A stretch of DNA of 32,000 nt from Thermodesulfobacterium commune DSM 2178 (lineage in GTDB: Bacteria > Desulfobacterota > Thermodesulfobacteria > Thermodesulfobacteriales > Thermodesulfobacteriaceae), in assembly GCF_000734015.1 (NCBI RefSeq), contig NZ_CP008796.1, positions 120,001 through 152,000 of the forward strand, given 5' to 3'. The translations under genes and the position numbers were made by a program. Of the stretch, positions 25,095-32,000 are shown piece after piece (the stretch's first letter is position 1; each line of letters begins with the position of its first letter). The notes beneath the pieces were generated by a model. It searched no databases. It was not told where the DNA came from and saw only the letters and a program-made list of their open reading frames with translations.

Positions 25095-26522
25095 ATGGAA
25101 AAAATGACCAAAAATTTAGATAGGGTTTGTTTTTCAGGTTTTTCGATTAGGGTAAAACTTGAAATGCCTAACTTGTTAGGAAAATTTGGAGAAATAGTAG
25201 GATGTTTGAATAGGTATGGATGTGAGATAGTAAGTTCAAGTTTACTTAAAGTTTCTACAGATAAGGTAATAAGAGAGTTAGAGATAATCTGTTTGGAGGA
25301 AAGACAACGGGAGCAAATTATCAAGGTGCTTAAAGAACTAAAAGATATAAAAGTGCTAAAGGTTATAGATAAGACCTTTGAGTTGCATGAAGGAGGAAAA
25401 ATAGAGATAGTAAATAGGGTTCAGATAAAAGACCAGAATACCTTGGCTGAGGTTTATACTCCAGGAGTGGCTAAGGTTTGTTTATATCTGAAAGATCATC
25501 CAGAAGAGGTTTATAGATATACTATCAAAGGTCATACCATTGCGGTTATTACCGACGGATCAGCGGTTTTAGGGTTGGGTAATATAGGGCCTCTTGCTTC
25601 TTTACCAGTTATGGAAGGTAAATGTATGCTTTTTAAAGAATTTGCAGGGTTAGATGCCTTTCCTTTAGCGGTGAATACCCAAGATGTAGATGAATTTGTT
25701 GAGGTGGTAAAACAGGTTTCTTTGGTGTTTGGTGGAATAAACTTGGAAGATATTTCTGCCCCAAGATGTTTTGAAATAGAAAAGAGATTGTGGGAAGAGC
25801 TTGAGGTGCCTGTGGTTCACGACGACCAGCATGGCACAGCTATCGTGGTTTTAGCAGGTCTTATTAATGTAGAAAGGTTGTTAGGAAAAAGTTTAAGGGA
25901 TATGAAGATAGTAATTTCAGGTGCTGGGGCCTCTGCCATAGGAACGGCAAGGCTACTTTTAAAATATGGGGTCAAAAATCTTATTTTATGCGATTCATAT
26001 GGGGCTATTTATCAGGGAAGAAAAGAAAGAATGAATCCTTATAAAGAAGAAATTGCTTCCCTTACTAACCCGGAAAGGTTAAAAGGTACACTTTCAGAGG
26101 TGTTAGCAGGGGCGGATATTTTTATTGGTCTTTCAGCTCCAAACATTCTTAAACCTGAAGACTTAAAGGCTATGGCTCAGGATAGAGTAGTTTTTGCTTT
26201 AGCCAATCCTGACCCTGAGATTTCTCCTGAAATTGCGTTGCCTTTGGTCAGGGTGTTGGCTACCGGACGTTCAGACTATCCTAATCAGATCAACAACGCT
26301 TTAGCCTTCCCTGGGCTTTTTAAGGGATTACTTGAGGCTAAGGCGAAAAAGGTGGATGAAGAGGTTTTTATAGAGGCAGCAAAAGCTATTGCTTATGTCA
26401 TAAAGAAAGAGGAATTAAAGGAAGATTATATAATACCCAGCATGTTTGATAAAAGGGTGGTAAAGGCCGTAGCTCAAGCAGTGGTAAAAAAATTGACAAA
26501 ACCCTCAAAAAGTTTAAACTAA
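25095..26522 (+). CDS. NAD(P)-dependent malic enzyme with an N-terminal ACT domain
   Basis: VYTPGVA, ITDGSAVLGLGNIG, GINLEDISAP, HDDQHGTAIV and the Rossmann loop SGAGASAIG. The first ~85 aa look like an ACT regulatory domain. Confidence 0.88.
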   Translation: MEKMTKNLDRVCFSGFSIRVKLEMPNLLGKFGEIVGCLNRYGCEIVSSSLLKVSTDKVIRELEIICLEERQREQIIKVLKELKDIKVLKVIDKTFELHEGGKIEIVNRVQIKDQNTLAEVYTPGVAKVCLYLKDHPEEVYRYTIKGHTIAVITDGSAVLGLGNIGPLASLPVMEGKCMLFKEFAGLDAFPLAVNTQDVDEFVEVVKQVSLVFGGINLEDISAPRCFEIEKRLWEELEVPVVHDDQHGTAIVVLAGLINVERLLGKSLRDMKIVISGAGASAIGTARLLLKYGVKNLILCDSYGAIYQGRKERMNPYKEEIASLTNPERLKGTLSEVLAGADIFIGLSAPNILKPEDLKAMAQDRVVFALANPDPEISPEIALPLVRVLATGRSDYPNQINNALAFPGLFKGLLEAKAKKVDEEVFIEAAKAIAYVIKKEELKEDYIIPSMFDKRVVKAVAQAVVKKLTKPSKSLN

Positions 26523-26553
26523 AATCATATTCTCAGAAAAAAGGGGAAGGCTT

Positions 26554-27975
26554 ATGGCGAGGAAAAAAGGTAGTTCTAAAAAAAATTCTGAGTTTTTAGA
26601 GGGTTTAGTCTGGAAACCCAAACATGTGTTTGATGTTTTAAAGGAGGAAGAAAAAAAACAGGTTGAGGATCTAAGTAAGGAGTATATAGAGTTTCTTTCT
26701 CAGGCTAAGACTGAAAGAGAAACCATAGAAAGGGCTTTAACTCTTTTGGAAAAAAAGGGCTTTTTTGATAAAGAATCCAAAAAGGGATGGGTAGTCTACA
26801 AAAATAAGCTTCTTTTTGCCTGGAATTTTGGTAAGAAAAAAATAACTGAGGGGCTAAGAATAGTTGTGAGCCATATAGATACCCCCAGGCTTGACCTTAA
26901 GTTACATCCTCTTTTTGAGGACACAGAACTGGTTTTTTTAAAAACCCATTATTATGGAGGTATCAAAAAATACCACTGGGTAGCTCAACCTTTAAGTTTA
27001 CATGGGGTTGTGGCTAAAAAAGACGGTAGTTTGGTTAAGATAGTGTTAGGAGAGAAGGAAGATGACCCAGTTTTTACCATCTGTGACCTTCTTCCCCATC
27101 TTTCAAGAAAAGTTCAGGCAGAAAAAAAGCTTTCCGAGGCTATCGTAGGGGAAAAGCTCAACGTTCTTTTTGGAGGCCTTCCCTTGGAGGAGCTTGAGGA
27201 AGAAAAGGAACTCAAAGAAAGGGTTAAACTTAACTGTTTAAAGCTTTTATATCAAACCTATGGCATAAGGGAGGAAGATTTTGTTTCGGCAGAACTTTAT
27301 ATCGTTCCTGCTGGTAGGGCAAGAGAGGTGGGGATAGACAAGGCGTTTATAGGAGGTTATGGCCAAGACGATCGTATCTGTGCCTTTACCTCTCTTAAGG
27401 CCTTTTTAGAGGTAGAACAGCCTGAATATACGAATGTTTTACTTTTCATGGATAGAGAAGAAATAGGTTCAGAAGGAAATACTTCTGCTAAAAGCAGGGT
27501 TTTTGAAAGGTTTGTGTATGAGCTTATCAAGAAACAGGGATTATCTCCTACTCCTGATGTATTTTTTGAGGTTATGGCTAACACCAAGGCTATTTCTGCA
27601 GACGTGACCGCGGGTATAGACCCTAATTATGTCGAGGTACATGATAAACTAAATGATGCTAAGATGGGATTTGGTATAGCGGTAAACAGGTATACAGGAC
27701 ATGGCGGAAAGTATATGGCTAACGAAGCTCATGCCGAGTTTTTGGCAGAACTTTTAAAGAGTTGGGATGAAGATGGAGTGGTTTATCAAGTAGTTTCTAT
27801 GGGAAAGGTAGATGAAGGAGGAGGAGGTACGGTAGCTAAGTATTTTGCTTCTTATGGGATGGATGTGGTGGATGCAGGACCACCTTTACTTTCTATGCAT
27901 TCTCCCTTCGAGGTGGCTCATAAAGCAGATCTTTTTATGTGCTATCGGGCTTATAAAAGCTTTTTTAGCCGTTAG
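26554..27975 (+). CDS. M18-family aminopeptidase (aminopeptidase 1-like)
   Basis: VSHIDTPRLDLK, GQDDRICAF, DREEIGSEG and LSMHSP correspond to the metal-ligand blocks of the M18 aspartyl-aminopeptidase family. 473 aa. Confidence 0.8.
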   Translation: MARKKGSSKKNSEFLEGLVWKPKHVFDVLKEEEKKQVEDLSKEYIEFLSQAKTERETIERALTLLEKKGFFDKESKKGWVVYKNKLLFAWNFGKKKITEGLRIVVSHIDTPRLDLKLHPLFEDTELVFLKTHYYGGIKKYHWVAQPLSLHGVVAKKDGSLVKIVLGEKEDDPVFTICDLLPHLSRKVQAEKKLSEAIVGEKLNVLFGGLPLEELEEEKELKERVKLNCLKLLYQTYGIREEDFVSAELYIVPAGRAREVGIDKAFIGGYGQDDRICAFTSLKAFLEVEQPEYTNVLLFMDREEIGSEGNTSAKSRVFERFVYELIKKQGLSPTPDVFFEVMANTKAISADVTAGIDPNYVEVHDKLNDAKMGFGIAVNRYTGHGGKYMANEAHAEFLAELLKSWDEDGVVYQVVSMGKVDEGGGGTVAKYFASYGMDVVDAGPPLLSMHSPFEVAHKADLFMCYRAYKSFFSR

Positions 27976-28005
27976 CCTGTTATTTTTTTATTAAAAGGGA
28001 GTTTT

Positions 28006-28773
28006 ATGAAGATCGCAGAAGGAGACTACGTTCTTATTTTAACCTCAGATGAAAAAAAGTATTTAGTTGAGGTGAAAGATACCTCTTTTCACACACATAA
28101 AGATTTTTTAGACCTAAAAGATTTGATCGGAAAAAACTACGGAGAAGTCGTTTACGGAAAAAAAGGGGAAAAATTTTATGTGTTAAAACCTTCTCTTTAT
28201 GACTTTTTGATGAAGGTTGAAAGGGCTACTCAAATAGTTTATCCTAAGGATATAGGGTATATTTTACTTAAACTTAACGTAGGGCCAGGAAGTTTGGTTT
28301 TAGAATGTGGTGGAGGTTCTGGGGCTTTAACTACAGCCCTTGCTTTTATGGTTGGTCAAGAGGGAAGGGTCATTTCTTACGAGAAGGAGCCCAAATTTCA
28401 GAAGATTGCTATAAAAAACCTTGAAAGACTTAATCTTTTAGATAGAGTAATTTTTAAGAACGTAGAAGTAACTGAGGCTTTTGAAGAAAAAGAGGTGGAT
28501 GCGGTTTTTTTAGACTTAAAGGAACCCTGGACGTTGATCCCAGCAGCTTGGGAGTCCTTGAAAGGAGGTCATTTTTTAGGAATTCTTGTCCCTACGGCTA
28601 ATCAAGTTTCTCGATGCCTTTTAGAGTTACAGCGTTTACCTTTCTTAGACATAGAGGTTTCTGAAATCCTCCTTAGGCAATACAAACCCAATCCTGAAAG
28701 GTTAAGACCAGAAGATAGGATGGTTGCTCATACTGGATTTTTAATCTTTGCCAAAAAGGTGGTTGAAAAATAA
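28006..28773 (+). CDS. trmI: tRNA (adenine-N1-)-methyltransferase TrmI (Gcd14 family, m1A58)
   Basis: ATQIVYPKDIGYIL, the SAM motif LECGGGSGALT, and DAVFLDLKEPW. 255 aa. Confidence 0.85.
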   Translation: MKIAEGDYVLILTSDEKKYLVEVKDTSFHTHKDFLDLKDLIGKNYGEVVYGKKGEKFYVLKPSLYDFLMKVERATQIVYPKDIGYILLKLNVGPGSLVLECGGGSGALTTALAFMVGQEGRVISYEKEPKFQKIAIKNLERLNLLDRVIFKNVEVTEAFEEKEVDAVFLDLKEPWTLIPAAWESLKGGHFLGILVPTANQVSRCLLELQRLPFLDIEVSEILLRQYKPNPERLRPEDRMVAHTGFLIFAKKVVEK

Positions 28774-29984
28774 TGTCTGTTTCTATTTTTATCTCAAAAA
28801 AGGATCTTATCTCCAAAAAGCTAGCAAAAAACATAGCTTCAAGGTTAAATCAAGTTTTAAAGGAACTAAGACTTGGTAAAAAAGAGGTTTCTTTAACCTT
28901 GGTTGACAATCTTACCATCTGGAATTTAAACCTTAAATACTTAGGAAGAAACTATCCTACCAACGTACTTTCTTTTTCTTTTTTTGGTAAACATGGTTTT
29001 CAAAACAATCTTTTAGGAGAGATTATTATTTCGGTCGAAAAGGCCAAGGAAGAGGCAGATTTCCATGGATTAAACTTTGAAAACTACCTGTTGAGTTTAG
29101 TTATCCATGGATTAGTTCATCTCCTTGACTATGACCACGAAAAGGGAATTTTTTCTCCTTGGCTTATGTTAAAAAAAGAGATACAATTGTTTGAAAAAGT
29201 AGGATTTTCTGAAGGTAAAGAAGAGGTTTTAAACTTTTTAAAAAGGAGGGAGTATATGCCAGCCAAACTTGCGGTAAACGTAGATCATGTAGCCACAGTC
29301 AGGGAGGCAAGAAAAGCCCCTTATCCTGACCCTGTGCATGCAGCTGTGCTGGCAGAGTTAGGAGGAGCTGACGGAATCGTTGTGCATTTAAGATTAGATA
29401 GAAGACATATAAAAGAAAGGGATGTAAGGTTGATAAAAGAGGTGATTAAAACCAAACTGATTTTAGAGATGGCCATAGATGAGAAATTGATTAAGTTTGC
29501 TAAAGAGATTAAACCTTACCAGGTAACCTTAGTTCCAGAAAGGACAGAAGAAATCACCACCGAAGGCGGAATGGATTTAATCGGAAATGTAGAAAAGGTA
29601 AAAAAGGCGGTAAAAGAGCTAAACAAGGCAGGTATTAAGGTAAGTCTTTTCCTAAACCCAGACGAGGAAGCCATAAAGCTCGCAAAAAAAACTGGGGCTC
29701 AGATCATCGAAATACATACAGGGATGTATGCTGAAGCAGAGGATGAGGTAAAAAGAGAAGAAGAGTTTGGTAAAATAGAAGTCGCTGCACGGTTAGCCAA
29801 AGACCTTGGTTTTATCGTACATGCAGGACATGGTTTAAGCTATGAAAACATAGGGCCTGTGGCTGCTATTCCTGAGATAGAAGAGTTTAGTATTGGACAT
29901 AGTATCGTTTCTCGGGCTATCATGGTAGGTATGAAAGAGGCAGTAAGAGAGATGAAAGAACTCATTTGGAAAGCTCGGGGTTAG
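28773..29984 (+). CDS. ybeY: Single 403-codon ORF joining the YbeY endoribonuclease (about residues 1-145) to the pyridoxine 5'-phosphate synthase PdxJ (residues 162-403)
   Basis: The YbeY zinc motif HGLVHLLDYDHE is intact. No stop codon occurs before the PdxJ part (AKLAVNVDHVATVREAR..., EMA, VHAGHGL, FSIGHSI). ATG 28773 overlaps the trmI stop (TAATG). Confidence 0.75.
   Translation: MSVSIFISKKDLISKKLAKNIASRLNQVLKELRLGKKEVSLTLVDNLTIWNLNLKYLGRNYPTNVLSFSFFGKHGFQNNLLGEIIISVEKAKEEADFHGLNFENYLLSLVIHGLVHLLDYDHEKGIFSPWLMLKKEIQLFEKVGFSEGKEEVLNFLKRREYMPAKLAVNVDHVATVREARKAPYPDPVHAAVLAELGGADGIVVHLRLDRRHIKERDVRLIKEVIKTKLILEMAIDEKLIKFAKEIKPYQVTLVPERTEEITTEGGMDLIGNVEKVKKAVKELNKAGIKVSLFLNPDEEAIKLAKKTGAQIIEIHTGMYAEAEDEVKREEEFGKIEVAARLAKDLGFIVHAGHGLSYENIGPVAAIPEIEEFSIGHSIVSRAIMVGMKEAVREMKELIWKARG
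29256..29984 (+). CDS. pdxJ: Pyridoxine 5'-phosphate synthase, probable independent initiation inside the fused ORF
   Basis: AAAAGGAGGGAG (29241-29252) lies 3 nt before in-frame ATG 29256. The resulting 242-aa product has the normal PdxJ length and the N-terminus MPAKLAVNVDH. Confidence 0.8.
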   Translation: MPAKLAVNVDHVATVREARKAPYPDPVHAAVLAELGGADGIVVHLRLDRRHIKERDVRLIKEVIKTKLILEMAIDEKLIKFAKEIKPYQVTLVPERTEEITTEGGMDLIGNVEKVKKAVKELNKAGIKVSLFLNPDEEAIKLAKKTGAQIIEIHTGMYAEAEDEVKREEEFGKIEVAARLAKDLGFIVHAGHGLSYENIGPVAAIPEIEEFSIGHSIVSRAIMVGMKEAVREMKELIWKARG

Positions 29985-30480
29985 AACAAAGGGTTTTTAT
30001 CGGAAACTGCGAGACGAAATTTTTGAGGGCTTCTAAGCTTAGGTCCTTAGAGCTAAACAAAATTAAAAATCCTCGAGAAGTTTCCTCTAAAATGGGCACA
30101 ACTATTACCTTTTTTTCTCCGTTTTCGTAAAATTTAACCTTTATTCCATCGATTTCTCCGTCTTTCAGCTCATTTTTAGAAATTTCTAAAAGATTTAAAG
30201 TAAACCCTTGCCAATTAGGAATTAAATTTTCTCCCCAAAACATCCTGACCCTTACCTTAGCGCTTGCGTTTTTGTAGGTTCTTTCTTTATTATGGATCTT
30301 TCCAAAAAAGTTAAGGTTAGTTTCTTTTATCTGGGTAGTTTGATATCCCGGGAGACTGACAAAAAACTTTTCGTCTGCCTGGTATAAAACCTTGGGGTCA
30401 CAAGCTATTTCCCCATAACCGATCACAGGAGAAACTATAAGAATTAATAAGCTTATTCCTATGTTTAAGAGGTTTTTCAT
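29962..30480 (-). CDS. Exported hypothetical protein (172 aa), translationally coupled to nfeD
   Basis: Signal peptide MKNLLNIGISLLILIVSPVIGYG. I recognise no motif and no SPFH/PHB signature. Its ATG overlaps the nfeD stop (ATGA). Confidence 0.55.
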   Translation of the reverse strand: MKNLLNIGISLLILIVSPVIGYGEIACDPKVLYQADEKFFVSLPGYQTTQIKETNLNFFGKIHNKERTYKNASAKVRVRMFWGENLIPNWQGFTLNLLEISKNELKDGEIDGIKVKFYENGEKKVIVVPILEETSRGFLILFSSKDLSLEALKNFVSQFPIKTLCSNPELSK

Positions 30481-31766
30481 CGATTTTTTCTCCTTACTTT
30501 TAAGATCAGACCATCTTTTTCTACCACTACTACCTTTTCTCCTTCCGGAATGGTTTCATCTGCATAAGCCTGCCAGATTTCTCCCTCGATGAATATCTTT
30601 CCACCTTCAGGTCCTATTTCTTTTAAGACCTTCCCCACTTTTCCTACCATACCTTCTTTTCCTGAAACCGGTTTTTTCCGTATGGTTTTAAGGGCGATAT
30701 AGGTGATACCTGCTAATAACGAAGAGAAGATAAGCACCAAAGAATATAAAACAGGGGGTGAAACCCTTAAAGCAGGCGGGTTCTTACCAAAAAGCATGGT
30801 AGAACCTAAGAAAAGACAGATTACCCCGGCTAAGGTTAAAAGCCCATGTGAGGTTACCTGAAGTTCTAAGAAGAAAAGCACACCGGCTAATAAAATAAAG
30901 ACCAGCCCTGCATAGTTAACAGGAATAACACTTAACCCTACCAGGGCCAATATAAGACATACAGCCCCTAATACACCAGGGAATATGCTTCCAGGGTGAG
31001 ATAACTCAAAATAGAGGCCAGCTAACCCTAACATAAGTAAGAAATATACTAAATTCGGATTGGTTAAAATTTTTAGCACTTTTGTCTTTAGGTCTTCAGG
31101 TATTTTTTCTATCCGGACGTTTTTAAGGTTTAAAACCCGTTTTTCTTCTCCTAACAGGACCTGCCTTCCGTGGGCCTTATCTAAAAGGTCGTTTAAATCT
31201 TTGGCTATGATTTCTATTACTCCAGTTTGTAGTGCCTCGGTCTCAGTAATGCTTTTACTTTTTCTTACGGCTTCTTCTGCAAAGGTCTCGTTGCGGTTAC
31301 GCATTTGAGCAAGGTTTTTAGCCCAGGCTACCAAGTCGTTTATTATCTTGTTCATTACCTCTTTATCAGCTTTGCCTGTAAGTTCTACTGGATGAGCAGC
31401 TCCTACGTGAGTACCAGGAGCCATCGCCGCTAAATGTGAGGAAAGGAGAATAAAGGTACCGGCAGAGGCAGCTCTTGCCCCAGAGGGACTTACATAAACT
31501 ATAACAGGGACCTTACTTTGTAAGATGTCCTTTACTATTTCTCTAGTAGACTCAACAAGCCCACCAGGGGTATCAAGCTCTATGACAAAAGCTTCAGCCT
31601 TTTCTTTATTGGCAAGGTCTATCCCATAACTTATGAAATTAGCCATAACAGGGGTAATAGGGGCATCGATTTTTTCATGAAAAACCTTTCTTGGCTCTGC
31701 ACCTTTTAAATAAGAGACCCAAAAACAAACAAGTACTAAACTAATTAGATAAAAATATCTCTTCAT
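30477..31766 (-). CDS. NfeD-family membrane-bound serine protease (ClpP-class N-domain, TM core, C-terminal OB-fold)
   Basis: DTPGGLV, ARAASAGTFILLSSHLAAMAPGTHVGAAHPV, about 4-5 central TM helices, and the C-terminal GKVLKEI...GKIFIEGEIWQAYADETIPEGEKVVVVEKDGLILKV NfeD OB-fold. 429 aa. Confidence 0.85.
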   Translation of the reverse strand: MKRYFYLISLVLVCFWVSYLKGAEPRKVFHEKIDAPITPVMANFISYGIDLANKEKAEAFVIELDTPGGLVESTREIVKDILQSKVPVIVYVSPSGARAASAGTFILLSSHLAAMAPGTHVGAAHPVELTGKADKEVMNKIINDLVAWAKNLAQMRNRNETFAEEAVRKSKSITETEALQTGVIEIIAKDLNDLLDKAHGRQVLLGEEKRVLNLKNVRIEKIPEDLKTKVLKILTNPNLVYFLLMLGLAGLYFELSHPGSIFPGVLGAVCLILALVGLSVIPVNYAGLVFILLAGVLFFLELQVTSHGLLTLAGVICLFLGSTMLFGKNPPALRVSPPVLYSLVLIFSSLLAGITYIALKTIRKKPVSGKEGMVGKVGKVLKEIGPEGGKIFIEGEIWQAYADETIPEGEKVVVVEKDGLILKVRRKNR

Positions 31767-32000
31767 AAAGCTTCCTAAATTTTTGTAAATCTTCCCATAC
31801 TACCCTTTTTATTCCAGGATTTTTTAAAATATAAGCTGGATGATAGGTAAAAAAGAGAGAGGTTTCCTTAAGGGTGAACACCTTCCCTCTAACCAAGGTT
31901 AGGGTCTTTCCTTCTAAAAGTACCTTAGGAGGAGTAAATCCTAATGCTAAAATCAGCTTAGGTCTTAAGTACTTGATTTGTTTTAAAAGATATGGTCTAC
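31741..32000 (-). CDS. Uracil-DNA glycosylase, family 4 (3' portion; 5' end lies outside the window)
   Basis: This ORF is not in the track because it has no start in the window. The minus-strand frame from 31998 reads RPYLLKQIKYLRPKLILALGFTPPKVLLEGKTLTLVRGKVFTLKETSLFFTYHPAYILKNPGIKRVVWEDLQKFRKLYEEIFLSN*. TYHPAYILKNP plus W.DL is the family-4 UDG C-terminal signature. Stop at 31741-31743. Confidence 0.75.
   Translation of the reverse strand, partial: RPYLLKQIKYLRPKLILALGFTPPKVLLEGKTLTLVRGKVFTLKETSLFFTYHPAYILKNPGIKRVVWEDLQKFRKLYEEIFLSN

Noticed and set aside
1-32000. CRISPR arrays, IS elements or transposases, integrases, prophage genes, toxin-antitoxin or restriction-modification modules
   Set aside because: I saw no spaced direct-repeat array, no terminal inverted repeats flanking an ORF, and no DDE/tyrosine-recombinase, HEPN, PIN or methyltransferase-endonuclease signatures in any of the translated ORFs. 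Intergenic regions are all 165 nt or shorter.

Overview
This is a densely packed, AT-rich (roughly mid-30s % GC by eye) bacterial chromosomal window with about 40 protein genes and one tRNA. There are many 1-25 nt gene overlaps. The K/E/I-rich proteins fit a thermophile (Thermodesulfobacteriota- or Aquificota-like is only a guess). All product calls come from motifs I recognise by eye in the supplied translations; no searches were run.

Most of the window is housekeeping:
- nadB (5' partial)
- a minus-strand chain purQ-tatC-tRNA(CAT)-nif3-COG1579 zinc ribbon-tsaC
- hup, mutM, an AI-2E permease
- fmdB-DUF1844-ispE-prs-ctc-pth-(PsiE-like)-guaA
- yceD-rpmF-plsX-fabH
- trmO, an ACT-malic enzyme, an M18 aminopeptidase, trmI, ybeY/pdxJ, nfeD, and a 5'-partial family-4 UDG that is missing from the ORF track

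I see no CRISPR array, transposase, integrase, rRNA, or recognisable defence or toxin genes, and no clear novel multi-gene system.

Features worth a second look:
1. A divergent pair of ArnT/PMT-like GT-C glycosyltransferase paralogs (20.9-24.1 kb). Both are interrupted, one by a single in-frame TGA and one by a +1 frame change confined to 8 nt. A small Lys-rich secreted protein sits next to them.
2. ybeY and pdxJ form one uninterrupted 403-codon ORF, although pdxJ keeps its own strong SD and ATG.
3. A long-form NfeD protease is coupled to an unknown 172-aa exported protein instead of the usual SPFH/stomatin partner.
4. Two uncharacterised proteins carry motif patterns reminiscent of the ChaN/TraB/Tiki superfamily: an 868-884 aa exported protein, and a 327-aa protein in the slot after fabH where fabD/fabG/acpP usually sit.
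5. fmdB has a probable leaderless start.
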